A stretch of DNA of 64,000 nucleotides from Octopus vulgaris (Eukaryota), in contig OX597821.1 in the NCBI GenBank assembly GCA_951406725.2, positions 61,380,001-61,444,000 on the forward strand, read 5' to 3'. Under the pieces are notes generated by a model. It saw only the letters and a list, made by a program, of their open reading frames with translations, did not search any database and was not told the DNA's origin. Positions 38,033-52,111 of the stretch are shown piece after piece. Made by a program: the position numbers and the translations under genes. Every line of letters starts with the position of its first letter. The stretch's first letter is position 1.

Positions 38033-41000
38033 TTTTAATGGTGATATTAGCCATATTCGTTGTTTTCATAATCGTTATTTCTTTATAGTTTTGTTACAAT
38101 TTGAGTAATTATATTTTGATCACAAGATTTAATTTGCAAATTAAGGTTTTATTTAACACATAGAAATTGACGTAAAAGTTAAAACTAATTTAGTGAATAT
38201 AATTCATGTAACATTCGTATAATTTTATACAGGTGCAAGGAAAATCAACAGAAAATAACAATGCACATTTTTTCCTTTGTTTTTAGGTTTTCGCATAAAT
38301 TTTTACATTTTAAATTTAATCAAAAGTGATATTTAATTTTCTTCAGAAATTATGAGAAAATATATTAATTTCACAACTCTGCCTAAAGAAAGATATGCAA
38401 AAAGAAACCATATATGCACCATTAAGACAAAATAAAGTTAGATATTCCATAATTACTGGCATTAACATTTGAACGTCTGATAAGACAAATTTTGAATATT
38501 GTTTGCTCACGCCATTATTTTGTCTTCTTCATCTCATTAACGCTATGGCATAAATGCATTTTTAGACGGGTAATATTTTGCAAAGAATGAAAATACTATC
38601 AGTAAATAACTCGTCTGAATTTTCATTTTCATTTTTAAATACTGATGTAGTTATAGATTATTAAACGCATCTTACAAGCGTTCCATATGTTAGGTTTGAA
38701 AATTACTCTGAGGCTTCTCCCTAAGGCATATTTAGTTACGTTTCCACAAGTATCAAGTATTGACTTGATATTTTGGTCGTATGCTGCTTTTGTATATATC
38801 ATATCCAAGATCATCCAGCTAATAAAAAAACAGTTTTTCTTCCTTCTTTTCCAGATTTACGACCATTTATCAGTTAATCCTCATCAACGCTCGTCTCGCA
38901 TATAAACCTACAAATGTTTGGAACGAACTGAAATGAAATACTATCTTAATAGTATGGAATTAGAAGGTACTACAGGCTTTAAGGGTGTCACAAAAGGCCT
39001 GGTTGGAGGCTCAACCTTCCGAGCTCTTTTCTTTAGTGGGTGCAGAAAAAGTGAAGAACCGCTGCAATGTGTGTGTGAATCTCAGTGGGGAATATGTTGA
39101 ATAAAACCATAACTAACTTATCTTTCTGTATTTTCTTTAACCCAAAGCCAGGAACATTTCAGCATACCGTCGTATAACATGCATAGCTTATTAGAGTTAC
39201 CTTTTTGCAATCGTTTTCTATGAAACAATATATAAAAACCTTTATATAGCCAACCTTGTTATACCGCCTCTTATCCACTTTAATTATGAATTACTCTCCC
39301 CAAAGCCAACTAACACAAGCACATAGAATCACCTTTGATTATCTGCCCTCCATAACCATACAGCATAGTACTTAAAGCATAACAAGTGAGAAAAAATATG
39401 CAAAAATCTAATTTCGCTCTGTGAAACTACTTTTATCAACAAACAGAATTATATTTCACAGAACCTAAGAGCACAAGAATAAGAAATATTTATGTTGAAG
39501 TCGAATAGAGGAACTACTCTAAAGAGTAAAACAACACAATATTTGCTTGATCAGTCAACCTGAGAGTAGAAAATAACAACAAAGATTTGAACAACTACAA
39601 AAACAACAGCAGACAAAGATTAAAATATTGGATTTTGAAGGGTAAACAAGCTTAGCAGAATAAATCACTACATGTCAGAACTGTAGAATAGAATTGGTAA
39701 AGAATATTCAGATCTATATATATCTGTGGATCGTACGTAATTATTAAAACGATTACCAATATGACATAGGTATATTAAACCGGACCTGACAAAGTGTTGA
39801 CAGCAACAACGATAATAGACAACAAGAGAGTTTATGTATCAACAAACTGCTGCAACTGATGACTTTGTGATAACTCCCAGTTTTCTTTGTGATGCCATAG
39901 ATAAAATTTATTGAAATTACTCCTTACGCAGCTTCGTTACCTTTGTTCATTTGGAGGTTTTTTGGTTCAAACTGGATGATTTTCCACAGGAACAGATGCA
40001 TAAGTGCAAAACGAGTTATACTATTGTTGATGTTCAGTTGTAGATCAGTTGTGAGCGTTGGGATCTGTAATCCATGCCGTCCCAACTGCACCGATTCCAT
40101 TTAATATTTCAGTGATAAAATATCCAGGAAAACATCGTCGAATGTATTCGTTTAGTGCTTTTCGTGTGCTAGTTTCTGCAGATCAACACACAACTCACAC
40201 GCTCCGTCGTTCACATCACATTCTTATACATTTAGCAACACAAATTCAATATGTGAAATGGGTAGGTGTTTTACTGAAGTTGTTTTTCCAATTTATGTCA
40301 CTAAAATATCTTCTTTCTGAAATTGGAAATATAACCCCTAAAACGTGCACGTTAACCGATATTAGAGTTCTTAAACAGAACCTAATAAACATTTGCAACA
40401 TGGCCAGAGTGTCGTATTTATTGTTTCTAATACCTCCTTTAATTCTTCATAACATTGTTACATGGGATATGTTCAACACAAAGTAGATTTTCCAATAACA
40501 TCGGATGTTGTAAATTCACTAACTCTGGCCATCCTGAGACTGAAAATGTTCTGATCATTGCTCATCCTGCTCAAAATAAATAAAATATGAAGACATGAAA
40601 ACCTAATACTAGTCCTTGTTAAATCACCCCAGAAAATACTCAAAACTCAACAAGAAAAAAGATGTAGACATATATATTGAAATCATTAAAAACATTCAGA
40701 AAATGCTAAGAGCAACAAGTCGGAATCATTTTTCAACAAATCAAATAAGTTCGTATAATTTTATATGTCGTCGTTAGAGATATTGTTCATGATAAATGGA
40801 AATCTAATATGAGGTATATTGTAAATACGCCATATCTCTCTGAGACATAGAGGAAGGAAGTAAACAAGCAAAGTATCCATTATTGAATTAGCTGTGAGTT
40901 ATGCCTACAGGGAAACATATGTTCCACTGTTTTTTAACATCATAGATGTCGAATTGACAGTACATTTACTTATATTTGAAACTAGCTGTAAACAATTGTA

Positions 41001-41928
41001 ATACGACTTTATGCAAACAACAATTTGGATGTAGGAAGAAAAGACATTTTCAAAAATCTTCTGTGAAATATCGTTATGAAGCAATAAATTTTAAGAGAAG
41101 ATATACACAAACACACCCACGCATTCACACATACACACACGCACAAGCACACACATATACAAACACTTAAGATTACAAACACACACATATAAGAATTAAC
41201 TATTCATACAACTCAATATAATTTAGCAACATCAACAAGTAAAAAACAAAGAATGTATCAAGTGCTGGCCAGATACTGTAGATCTATAAGTAACAAATTG
41301 AAACCGTAGATTTTAGCCAGAGTGTGTCCTAGTAATAGCGTAGGTGTAAAAAGGGAATAGAAGTGAAATTTCAAATCGAAATTTTATTAATGTATTTACA
41401 GATTATGTCACATTGCCAAATACACCATCTTCATGTAATAATTTAAACAAGTATCTACAAGTGAGATAATACATTAATCGTGATGAATGAAACGGAGCAT
41501 TATGTGGTAAGTAGTACTTTCAAAATAGCATTCGAATTTATAGAGAAATTAGGTGTACCTTTAACGGATATGCGAGAAACATAGAGATCAAACGGATATG
41601 TAATTTCAAAACACTTATCTAAATTACTTTATGGCTAATATTAACTTTGAGAACGCACAAGTGTCATAGATATTTTGCTGTCATGAGTTCACATTAAGGT
41701 CATTAGAGTCAAGCTGATATTTTGTCGGTGAAGAGAAAACGAATCACAGGGCAGCAGAAAGTTATAAAACTGCCATCAGTCTGTTTACGTCTCTGCATCC
41801 ATCTATAAGTGGCATTGGTATACACGTTCTCGCACTCTCAAAAACACACACATGTATACACATGCACACTAACATGTACATATACATACATACAAACATA
41901 TAGGTATATGTATATACATACCTATATA

Positions 41929-41972
<44 letters not shown>

Positions 41973-42002
41973 CGTTTTGTCTTTGTGTTTGCATGTTTGG
42001 AT

Positions 42003-42037
<35 letters not shown>

Positions 42038-42199
42038 GTAAAATAAGAAAAATCAACGAAAATGCATATTGTAGATATAAAAAGGCTATTTATGACAGGT
42101 AGTGACAAATATATACATTTAGAGTATTACTAATCAAAAAGGTCATTATCATTGATGATTATAAGAAGTTAATAATAATAATAATAAGTTAAGATACTG

Positions 42200-42272
42200 A
42201 ATCGAACCAATTGGTTTTCGCGTTAGCTATTCATCGTTTGAACAACACCGGTTAGTAAACGCTGTCAGGTCT
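42200..42272 (-). ncRNA. Degenerate hammerhead in the PLE-3 3' region
   Basis: GAC-CTGACA-GCGTT...AACGC-GAAA-ACCAATTGGT-TC. G8 is missing and stem I is weak. Confidence 0.5.
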
Positions 42273-42412
42273 AATAGTTCCTGAGAAAAGAGATTATTTG
42301 TAAGGGAGGTAAGTAGTTCTGGATTATATGTATAAGGGAGGTAATTAGTTCAGGAATTAGAAATGTGAGTGATGTAGAAAGTATATAGGGTTTAGTGGTT
42401 TAAATTGAAGAG

Positions 42413-44544
42413 TTAGTGGTGTACTGTATTGAGTTGTGTGTTAACATTTAGTTGGGGGAGAAATTTGTTGATGAAAAATGACTCTTTATTCAACCTTTGT
42501 TGCATTGTGGTGTTCTGTGAGCATTGGTAAAAGAGAAATATTTGGAAATTGGGATTAAGATTCCTGGCACATCTTTCTATGTGTTCACTCACCTTTAACT
42601 GTCTGTATTGTGAGTGACGGATTTGCTCTTTGTGAATGGTGATTCTTTGACGGAGTGAAAGTCCTGTTTGTCCAATATAGAGTTTACCGCATCCTATGCA
42701 TGTCATGACATAGATTACATTTGCCGAGGCGCAGGTGAAATTTGATTTGATCTTAAATATTTCTCCTTGTTTGAATTGGAATTCTGAACCCTCCAGAAGG
42801 TGGGGACATGTTCCACAGTTGGAACGTCACATTTTGTCACTTTTGGCTCAGTAGTTAGTGGGTAAAGTCTAGCGCTGGTTTTAGTATTCTTTTCAGTGAC
42901 TTCGGTTGCTTTTTGCTTTTTACAATTTTATATGAGCTTAAAATTTCGTTCATTGTTTTGTCTACTGTGAGGATAGGGAGGTTTTGGGTGATGATTTTGA
43001 AGGCTTCGTTATTTCTGGGGTTATGTGTGGAGATGTACGGGAGTATTTTTAAGTCTTGTTTAGTATTACGGCTAGTTTTCATTAATTGTTGTATATCTAT
43101 CCCCTTAGCTCTTTTGATGCCTTCATTTACTAATGAGATTGGGTAGTGTCTTTTAGTTAGTGTAGATCTAAGTTCAAGGAGTCTTTGTTCACGAGTGTAT
43201 GTATCGGAAACTATGGTGCAGATTCTTTTTGCTAGGTTAATGGGAGTGTTGATTTTTATGTGTTTGGGGTGGCAGGAGTTAAATAATAGGTATTGTTTAG
43301 AGTCTGGGGGTTTATAAAATATGTCTGTTTCTATGTGGTTGTTAACTATTCTAATTAAGATGTCTAGAAAAGGTAGTTGCTTACTGTTGTGTTCCATAGT
43401 GAATTGTATATTGCTGTGTATGTTGTTGAGCATTCTTTTAAAATCAAGGAGTTGATCCATGCTATCTTGCCAAAATATGAAGCAATCATCTAAATATCTC
43501 TTCCAGTTTTCCTTTAAGTAGTAATTGAAAGAGGCGCCATATTTTTCTAGTGATGATTGGTATAACTTAAGTTCGTGGTAACCCATTACGAGGTTTGCAA
43601 TAACTGGAGCAGCTCTGGTTCCCATTGCAATTCCGCATTCCTGTCGATAGTAATTAGTATCGAACAAGAAATGATTGTTCAATAGGACGAATTTCAGTAC
43701 TTCAATTATAAAATTGTGGTTAATTCGTCCTGGGAAAAATGTGATTGCTTCTATACCATAGTCGTGTGGGATATTAATGTATAGATTCACTACATCGAAA
43801 GAGACCAGTAGAGTTCCGTCCTTTACTGTCTTCGGGAGGTGGTTCAGCATGTCTAGGTCATCCCTGATATAGCTTTTCACATACATATTTTAAAAGAGGT
43901 TTGAGTAATATGTCAAGAAAGTTACTCAAACGGTGGGTTTCGCAGGAAGGGCCAGCTATGATGGGTCTGAGTTTGAGGTCAGTAGGTGGAGGGACATTAA
44001 TGCATAGGCTTGTAGAGACTTTGCAGGCTTCACAAATGAGTAGATTTTTATGTATCTTGGGTAATCCGTAGAATAGACTGGGACTGTATTTGAAATTGGA
44101 TAGATAGTCAATTTCATGTGTTGTAAGACCCTTTCCGTGAGTTTGGAGTAGGGAGGATAATTTTTTTAGTTTCTTCTGTGGGTTGTAATATGTTAGTTTT
44201 TCATAGTAAGTATTATTTTCCAACATGGAAAGTATAAAATCTTTGTAGTACTCTGTATCCATCAATACTACCGCACTTCCTTTGTCGGCTTCTTTAATAG
44301 TGAGGTTTATGTCATTTTTTAGCTCGACAAGGTCTTTCCATTCGTTTAAATCAAGGTTGGATTTGATAAGTTGTTTTGGAATGATATTGTAAGGAAAACA
44401 AGTTATGTGATCACAGAAAACATCAAGTGCTTTATTTCTACCTTTTGTAGGAAGGTACTCACTTTTGTTTTTCACTATTGAGTGATCCTCACTGGTATAG
44501 TTGTAAAGAGCTTCTGTTAGGCGTAATTTACGGCAGAAGTCCAA
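42413..44544 (-). pseudogene. PLE-3 RT / GIY-YIG pseudogene
   Basis: Frameshifts near 43870 and 42860 split the RT and endonuclease. Confidence 0.92.
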
Positions 44545-44590
44545 AGTAGTGTCCTTAATTTCATTTGGGTTATATATATATATATATGTG

Positions 44591-45159
44591 CTTAATCATA
44601 TCGAAGGGAAATGAAAATTAATTGAAATTTTCACATCCAATGGCTTAGCGTGTAAAACATTAGTCCAAAGACTATGTATTACTCATAAAATACAGTGTAC
44701 ATTTAAACACATAAGGAATCCATTCGTGGGATTCAACACTCTAGAAAGAAAAGCTATGTTCTATAACAACAAAATTAGGGATAAAATCCCAACAAGAACG
44801 AAATGAAAAAATGAAAACTTTTACCATCTATTATCCTGGACCAATTGGTTTCTGATTTTAGTTCAGTAAATAAATTATATTCGCTAGGTGAAATCTTCGT
44901 CAACAGGTACACGTTAGATTAATTATATAAAACACGAGGCAATCAACTATGTGCCTCTTGTTTATACATCCTAATATTTTCAAAATCTACTGCGCAGACG
45001 CAGTCCCTCATCGGCAATAAAAAAAAGCCAACTTTTAAGATTCGAAAAATTATCGAAAAAGTTACAATACTTAATCACATCGAAGGGAAATGGAAATTAA
45101 TTACACGCTAGGCAACTGGAAGTGAAAATTTCTATTAATTTCCATTTCCCTCCGTTGTG
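44591..45159 (-). mobile_element. ORF-less hammerhead mini-element (~479-nt unit, partial tandem plus inverted end)
   Basis: 44591-44622 is repeated directly at 45070-45102, and 44597-44654 is repeated inverted at 45102-45159. A hammerhead lies inside. Confidence 0.7.
44835..44907 (-). ncRNA. Type I hammerhead with long stem II
   Basis: CCTG-TTGACGA-AGATTT...AAATCA-GAAA-CCAATTGG-TC-CAGG. Confidence 0.72.
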
Positions 45160-45954
45160 TAGTCTCGTTACATTTGCTTGCTTCATAGTATTTTATAATA
45201 GTGTATGACCTTCTAACCCTCGTCATTTGTCTACGCTTTTTTTATGTCTTTTAGTATTTTATATATTTATGCATGTTTTTACGTATTTGTGTATATAAAC
45301 ATGTATATACGCTTGTGAATATATAGATGTATATACATATGTGTGTATGTGTTTGCGTATATATTTTTGTGCGCGTGTCGCATGACTGTGTGCATGTGTC
45401 TGGATGTATGTCGATAAGTATGTGTAATATGAGTATATAAATATGTATACATAAAATGCCTTACAGGAAATCCAGAACTAATGCAAGGAATACAATTAAA
45501 ATTATGCTTACCTCTTATGATCTATTTATTTATTCCAAAGAGTTGTATAGTCTCGTGAAACCTCCTGTATTCATACTGAAAATGGAGACAAAATCCAACG
45601 ATCCGATGTGGCAGGCTTAACAATTATAGATAGATCTGTTCAAACATAAAAAAATTGGTAGGCTTGTTAACAGAAAATAATAAGATTATATCTACATCTG
45701 TGTGTGTGTGTATGTGTGTGTGTGTATGTGTGTGTGTGTGTGTGTGTGTACATGCGTGTGTTCGTATGTGTTGGAGCGTGATGTGTATTTGCATATAACT
45801 ATGGCACTTATATTGTATGGAGAGACGTAGAACGGGTGATGACGATTATGATTTTGTCCTATCCAAAGCTTTGTTTTCTTTTTCTTACTTCACTAACAAG
45901 TTATCTGCTTAATTGTAATTACGTTAAGGGTAACTCATGTCAGCAGTATGTCTG

Positions 45955-46298
45955 TGATTCTATGGCTCAGTGGTTAGAGCATCGAGCTTACGATCGTGAG
46001 CTTGTGAGCTCGAATCCCAGACCGGGCTGCGTGTTGTGTTCTTGAGCAAGGCACTTTATTTCACGTTGCTCCAGTTCACTCAGCTGTAGAAATGAGTTGC
46101 GACGTCACAGGTGCCAAGCTGTATCGGCCCCTTTGCCTTTCCCTTGGATAACATCGGTGACGTGGAGAGGGGAGGCCGGTATGCATGGGCGACTGCTGGT
46201 CTTTCATAAAACAACCTTGCCCAGACTTGTGCCTCAGAGGGTAACTTTCTAGGTGCAATCCCATGGTCATTCATGACCGAAGGGGGTCTTTACCCTTA
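45955..46298 (+). mobile_element. tRNA-derived SINE (family A, tail type 2), full length
   Basis: A box TGGCTCAGTGG, B-box-like GAGCTCGAATCC, and the shared central block GTTGTGTTCTTGAGCAAGGCACTTTATTTCACG. Confidence 0.85.
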
Positions 46299-46453
46299 AG
46301 TTAAGCTAATTTAGATAAGCGTTTTGAAATAACATATGCGTTTCATATATTTGCCCGTGGCATGTTCGAAAAATCCACTTCCAATTTCTCTATAAATTCG
46401 AATAATGTTCTAAAAATTCGAATGTTATTTTCAAAATACCACTAACCCAACAA

Positions 46454-46690
46454 TGAGCAAGCCACTTTATTTCACGTAACTCTAGTCCACTCAGCTGGCA
46501 AAAATGAGTAGTGCCTGTATTCCAAAGGGCCAGCCTTGCCACACACTGTGTGACGCTCAATCTTCCCGAGAACTAAGTTAAGTTGACACGTGTTTGTGGA
46601 GTGCTCAGCCACTTACAGCACAATTTCACGAGCAAGCTGTTCCGTTGATCGTATCAGCTGGGAACCTCGTCGTCGCAACCGACAGAATGC

Positions 46691-46691
<1 letters not shown>
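46454..46691 (+). mobile_element. 5'-truncated SINE (family A, tail type 1)
   Basis: Aligns with 1579-1812. Confidence 0.8.
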
Positions 46692-46763
<72 letters not shown>

Positions 46764-46772
46764 ATATATATG

Positions 46773-46817
<45 letters not shown>

Positions 46818-47513
46818 ATATGTATAATCATAAATAATGTATATATATTTATACAGATATATGAACTGACAGAATTTTCTTCAATGCTACTGTTATACCG
46901 TATTCTTTCAGAAATAGAGATGACTTATTGAAGGATGAACACCTTCGTAAAGATAGAAATATCTCAATTTTATATTAAGAAATCTCAGCGGAGTATGAAA
47001 TATAAATCTATAAATTTAAAATCGATATGAAATAGGACTGCATCCAATGGAATCAACAAGCTGCATCTGCCTATAGAACCTTGCACACTAGTCTGTCACG
47101 TCTAAATTTGCCTAATTACTTTCTATCGATATTTTACGATTATAATCAGCAAATCAAACAAATGTAATCATAATTTACACGAGTTCTTAGTGTGAAAATT
47201 GTCCTTTCTTTGATTTGTTTTAATTATATGGACGTGTGAAGGCTACGTTGTTAAATTTATCTGCGTATTGATTGATGTCAGATGAATTATGAATGCTGTC
47301 GAATAGATTAAAGTGACAAAATCTGAATTTTCGTTTCATTCCATACACATTGAAGGATTGAAAATAAAGGAAGGTCAATATTAAAAGCAGGCAGTTATGA
47401 AGCGCTGAAGACACATACAATGTTAGCAGTTAAAGCTCATATTGCTGTACATAATACATAACAAGAAAAACACACAGACACATGCATATGCGTATGTATG
47501 AAATATATACATG

Positions 47514-47545
<32 letters not shown>

Positions 47546-47578
47546 AATATATATATATATACATACATATATATATGA

Positions 47579-47620
<42 letters not shown>

Positions 47621-47931
47621 GATAAAATTATCTTCTTCCCCCTTTACACTTTACATCATGACATTTGTGTCATACACGACCCCTATTGATCGTTATTCTT
47701 TCTTTCTTTTTTACGAAAGCCTACCCCACTTTTTGTTTTTTGTTTTTTGTTATTTACAATTGACAGATATTTGTCCACATCTTGTTTGTTGTGTTAACAA
47801 CAAACAAGATGTGGACACATATCCATCAATTGTAACTAAAGTAAATAATGTATAGTCGGTATTCCTGTGATGATTACAGTACAGTTCCTTGTATCTATCC
47901 ATGGACATTGGATTCATGTATTCACAGACTC

Positions 47932-48001
<70 letters not shown>

Positions 48002-48819
48002 GAGAGAGAGAGATGAATATGGATATATGCATATCTGGGTACACACACATACACACACAAAACGCAGACACACAGACACACACACACGTGCTGTATGTTC
48101 GAATGGTTAAGAAACCAATCCCCTCATCACGATCTTCCGTGTTCGATCTCATCGCTTGACACGCCTCGTGTTATTTTCTAAACCAACTGGTTGACATATA
48201 TATTGACAGTGAAAGCTGATTGACAAAAACTGTGTACAAGCCAAATCAGGGATCCAGCTTTACGAAGCTATCATGCTGGGGCAGTATGAGATTTACATTC
48301 AAGGTATAGATGACCATGGAATACTCAGCCACGTAAAGTAGTAGCCGAATATCCTTACTAAGATCTAGTTTAATTATTCGTTTTTACTTCCAGTTTTGTT
48401 AATTCGGAAAAATCCATTTGAATATTTTTTTCTCAAATTGAGAAGACTTCGAAAGTTTGTTACAAAAATTATTTCAATTACTTGGGGGTATAAATAAATG
48501 CTCCAAAATAGATAAACCAGATAACCCTTCTCAAATGTTTTGTATGTTCGGCGTGTTTTCAAATATTTTTTAACGTGTTCTATGCTCTAAAGATCTGTGT
48601 TTCAGATTCGGACGCAAAACGTTTGCAAGATTTATTTTTTGTCTTCTATCTTCCTCTCGTTTACAACAGGCAAAAACTATTGACTTGAGAAAATATAACT
48701 TTATAGAATTTATACAATGTGTGGAGTTTTATGTGATGAGTTCATTAATACCAATTTTTAGCTTGATTATTTTGGAGACATCTAGACACTAATCATATGC
48801 TTAATATATGGAATTAGAA

Positions 48820-49215
48820 AGGCGGCGAGCTGGCAGAAACGTTAGCACGCTGGGTGGAATGCTTAATAGTATTTCGTCTGCGGTTACGATCTGAGTTCAA
48901 ATTCCGCCGAGGTCGACTTTGCCTTTTATCCTTTCGGGGTCGATAAATTAAGTACCAGTTACGCACTGGGGTCGATGTAATCGACTTAATCCGTTTGTCT
49001 GGCCTTGTTTGTCCCCTCTGTGTTTAGCCCCTTGTGGGTAGTAAAGAAATAGGTATTTCGTCTGTCTTTACGTCCTGAGTTCAAATTCCACTGTGGTCGA
49101 CTTTGCTTTTCATCCTTTCGGGGTCGATAAATTAAGTACCAGTTACATAACGGGGTCGTCTAATCGACTAGCCCCCCTCTCCCAAAATTTCCAGCTTTTC
49201 GCCTAGAGTAGAAAA
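48820..49215 (+). mobile_element. SINE (family C) with internally duplicated B-box/central domain
   Basis: GGCGGCGAGCTGGCAGAAACGTTAGCACG...GAGTTCAAATTCCGCCGAGGTCGACTTTGCCTTT.ATCCTTTCGGGGTCGATAAATTAAGTACCAG. The B-box/central part occurs twice; other copies are at 63297 and 63948. Confidence 0.85.
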
Positions 49216-49792
49216 AATATATAAGGAATTAGATAAAACGTGTTAAGGCCGGTGTATTGCGAAACGAAGCACAAGAGTGAACTACAACAGTGAAGATGGA
49301 ACGAAAATCAAGCAATAAAATTCAAGTATTGTTGTGTTCTCACTTGTTAAAAATATGCACAATGAGGAAGTATGTCTGTTTCCAATTTAAATTTCGTGCT
49401 TTCCTTAAATTATCCACCACTGTTGCATTGCAGGTTGTTTGGTCATGTTACTCGAAATCTGTGTGTGTGTGCGTGTGTGTGTGTATATATGTATTTCCTC
49501 TCGTTCTGGTCTAACGACCCTCCATGTTTGTTTTCGTTCGGTTTCCTTGTATGTCCTGTTTTTGTTCACAACTTTGATCCTCCATAAATCCAAAATTTTA
49601 TTTTGGTATTTATGGGAACAACTGTCTTCGAAGACACATATCGTCGTAGATAGACAGCCGAAAACTGATGAAAGGTCGTTTCGTGTATTACTTGTCCTGT
49701 TTTCAATTTTTCTCTCTCGTTGTTTCCGAATCTTACTCATTTGTTTTCGTATTTCAAGTTGTTTACTGTTAGTGACGTCCTGTACCCATATA

Positions 49793-49825
<33 letters not shown>

Positions 49826-49829
<4 letters not shown>

Positions 49830-49944
49830 TTCCGGGTTCAGTCCCACTGCGTGTCACCTTGGGCAAGTGTCTTCTACTGTAGTCTCGGGCCGACCAACGC
49901 CTTGTGAGTGGATTTAGTAGACGGAAACTGAAAGAAGCCCGTCG

Positions 49945-49987
<43 letters not shown>

Positions 49988-50208
49988 GTGTGTTTGTGTG
50001 TCTGTGTTTGTCCCCCTAGCATTGCTTGACAACCGATGCTGGTGTGTTTATGTCCGCGTTACTTAGCGGTTCGGTAAAAGAGACCGATAAAATAAGTACT
50101 GGGCTTACAAAAGAATAAGTCCCGAGGTCGAGTTGCTCGATTAAAGGCGGTGCTTCAGCATGGCCGCAGTCAAATGACTGAAACAAGTAAAAGAGTAAAA
50201 GAGTAAAG

Positions 50209-50212
<4 letters not shown>
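49826..50212 (+). mobile_element. SINE (family B)
   Basis: B-box-like GGTTCAGTCCC and CORE-like CACCTTGGGCAAGTGTCTT; matches 17905-18235. Confidence 0.82.
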
Positions 50213-50284
<72 letters not shown>

Positions 50285-50458
50285 GTGGGGGGCGTATTAT
50301 TTATGTTATTAATATTTCATTTAGGCATAGCGAGATTAATAACCTGGTGTAGAACTCAATACACATATGGTTTAGAACGATGTTAGACGAGTATAGAGCG
50401 ATAATAGAAGCAAAGAGATAACACTGGAAAAAACAATGGTTATGTAATGAACTTCATT

Positions 50459-50524
50459 AGCTTATAACTGTTTCTGATATAAGATATAAGTCCCTGGGTA
50501 ACATCCTATAGCTTCATCAGAGCC
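50459..50524 (-). ncRNA. Type I hammerhead with long stem II
   Basis: GGCT-CTGATGA-AGC TATAGGATGT...ATATCTTATA TCA-GAAA-CAGTTA-TA-AGCT. It sits in a short element next to (TA)n at 50213-50280. Confidence 0.65.
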
Positions 50525-50770
50525 TTGAATATGAAGTGCACTATACTTAGGAAAATTGCATTTTCAGAACATATAGGCGTTGGGAATGAGAAAGTTAATG
50601 TCGATGCCTATGGAAAGATTTGCCGCAATGCAGTGAAAAGTATGCAAATATACGCTTGCGGTTATACCCGAAGGAAATAAAGAAAAGAATAAAATAAAAG
50701 GAAAATTATGCAGACAGTCATGTAAAGTGGGCAGAGAGAAATGGGTAGACACACACACATAAATACATAA

Positions 50771-50809
<39 letters not shown>

Positions 50810-51864
50810 TACGCCCCTGCAAAAATAATCATACACACCGCCGCACACACACACTGAGCAGAGCAGAGATAGAGAATATGTGTGTGACACACGGTCACAC
50901 ATATGTGTGTGGTTTAGATACATATTGATAGTGACAAACACTTTTGTGAACGTAATGGGGGAGGTCGAAATATGTGGATGGTCTTTGAGAATGTTTAAGA
51001 GATAGCAGAAGTATCATGCCCTATTTAATGGTCATTTAAGTATGCAGGTGTGTTTATGTGTGTGTCCGGAGGTGTGCGTCCATGCGTGTCGCTTTGTACA
51101 GATAGGAAGGATCTTAATGACTCTTTCAGCTGTTGTTTACATTTTTATACCAAAACAAACCAGAGCAAATGTTAAAGAATTCCAGGTCATACACATACAC
51201 ACACACACACACGCGCGCACATTAGAATCCTTGACGTTTGTACAGTACGGAGTGCCACCCTAATATCAAGTGTGTATGTGTGCGTGTCTGTGTGTGAAAG
51301 TGTGTGTGTGTTTATATATGTGCGTATGAATGAATGAATGAGAATGTGTGTGTGTGACGAGTGAATGTGATCTGCACCAATAACTATTTTTTAAAATACA
51401 TCATATTGTATACGACTTTATCTAATACTACTGATGGAATGTCGCCTTCGTTCCCAGATGCAAGGATTCCTTCGTTTACAAGTTTATGATCCATGTTCAA
51501 AAAGTGGTCAGGAACCCGCAACAGAAAATAGAACCCTGTACTTCTCAAATTCCAAAAGCTACTATTTAACGTTATGTCAGACAACATTTTTTTCTCAGGT
51601 GTTGCTTACGTTAATGGTAAAAAAGCATTCAGCCAGTATTCTAAGTTTCTTCATAAAAAACTTTCTCGCATACCAAAACCTATCATTTAGCGTTATGAAG
51701 GCGATATTTGTTGTCAGGGATCTCTTAAGTTAATGGCCACTTTCTTCCGTCTTTTAACGTATTTTGCCCGATCTTCTAGGCTATTCACACAGCTATTTTG
51801 CGTTCTAGATTTACTTCCTTTTCTATAAAATATCAACTCACTCGTCGCTTCAAAGTTTGTCAAT

Positions 51865-51895
<31 letters not shown>

Positions 51896-51983
51896 ACGCA
51901 CATACACTGACACACACACACACGCACGCACACACGCATACACGTATATATGTATAAAAATATTCGTTTGCGTTTCTCATTCT

Positions 51984-52030
<47 letters not shown>

Positions 52031-52058
52031 CATCGTATTATAAATACTGTTCTATGTT

Positions 52059-52111
<53 letters not shown>

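Larger units (their letters stand above)
42035..44570 (-). mobile_element. PLE-3: 5'-truncated, decayed Neptune-like element related to PLE-2, in (TA)n
   Basis: Fragments 43858-44544, 42855-43886 and 42413-42706 are colinear with PLE-2 ORF2 (DFCRKLRLTE, IKEADKG, LKLRPIIAGPSCETHRLSNF, WKRYLDD, LYIGQT). (TA)n lies at both ends. Confidence 0.93.

Noticed and set aside
45960-46030. tRNA gene
   Set aside because: It has A/B boxes but no complete cloverleaf or acceptor stem, and it continues into a SINE body.
49620-49700. GAAA and CTGATGA in a TA-flanked segment
   Set aside because: I could not assemble the three stems in any hammerhead topology. It may still be a decayed repeat.
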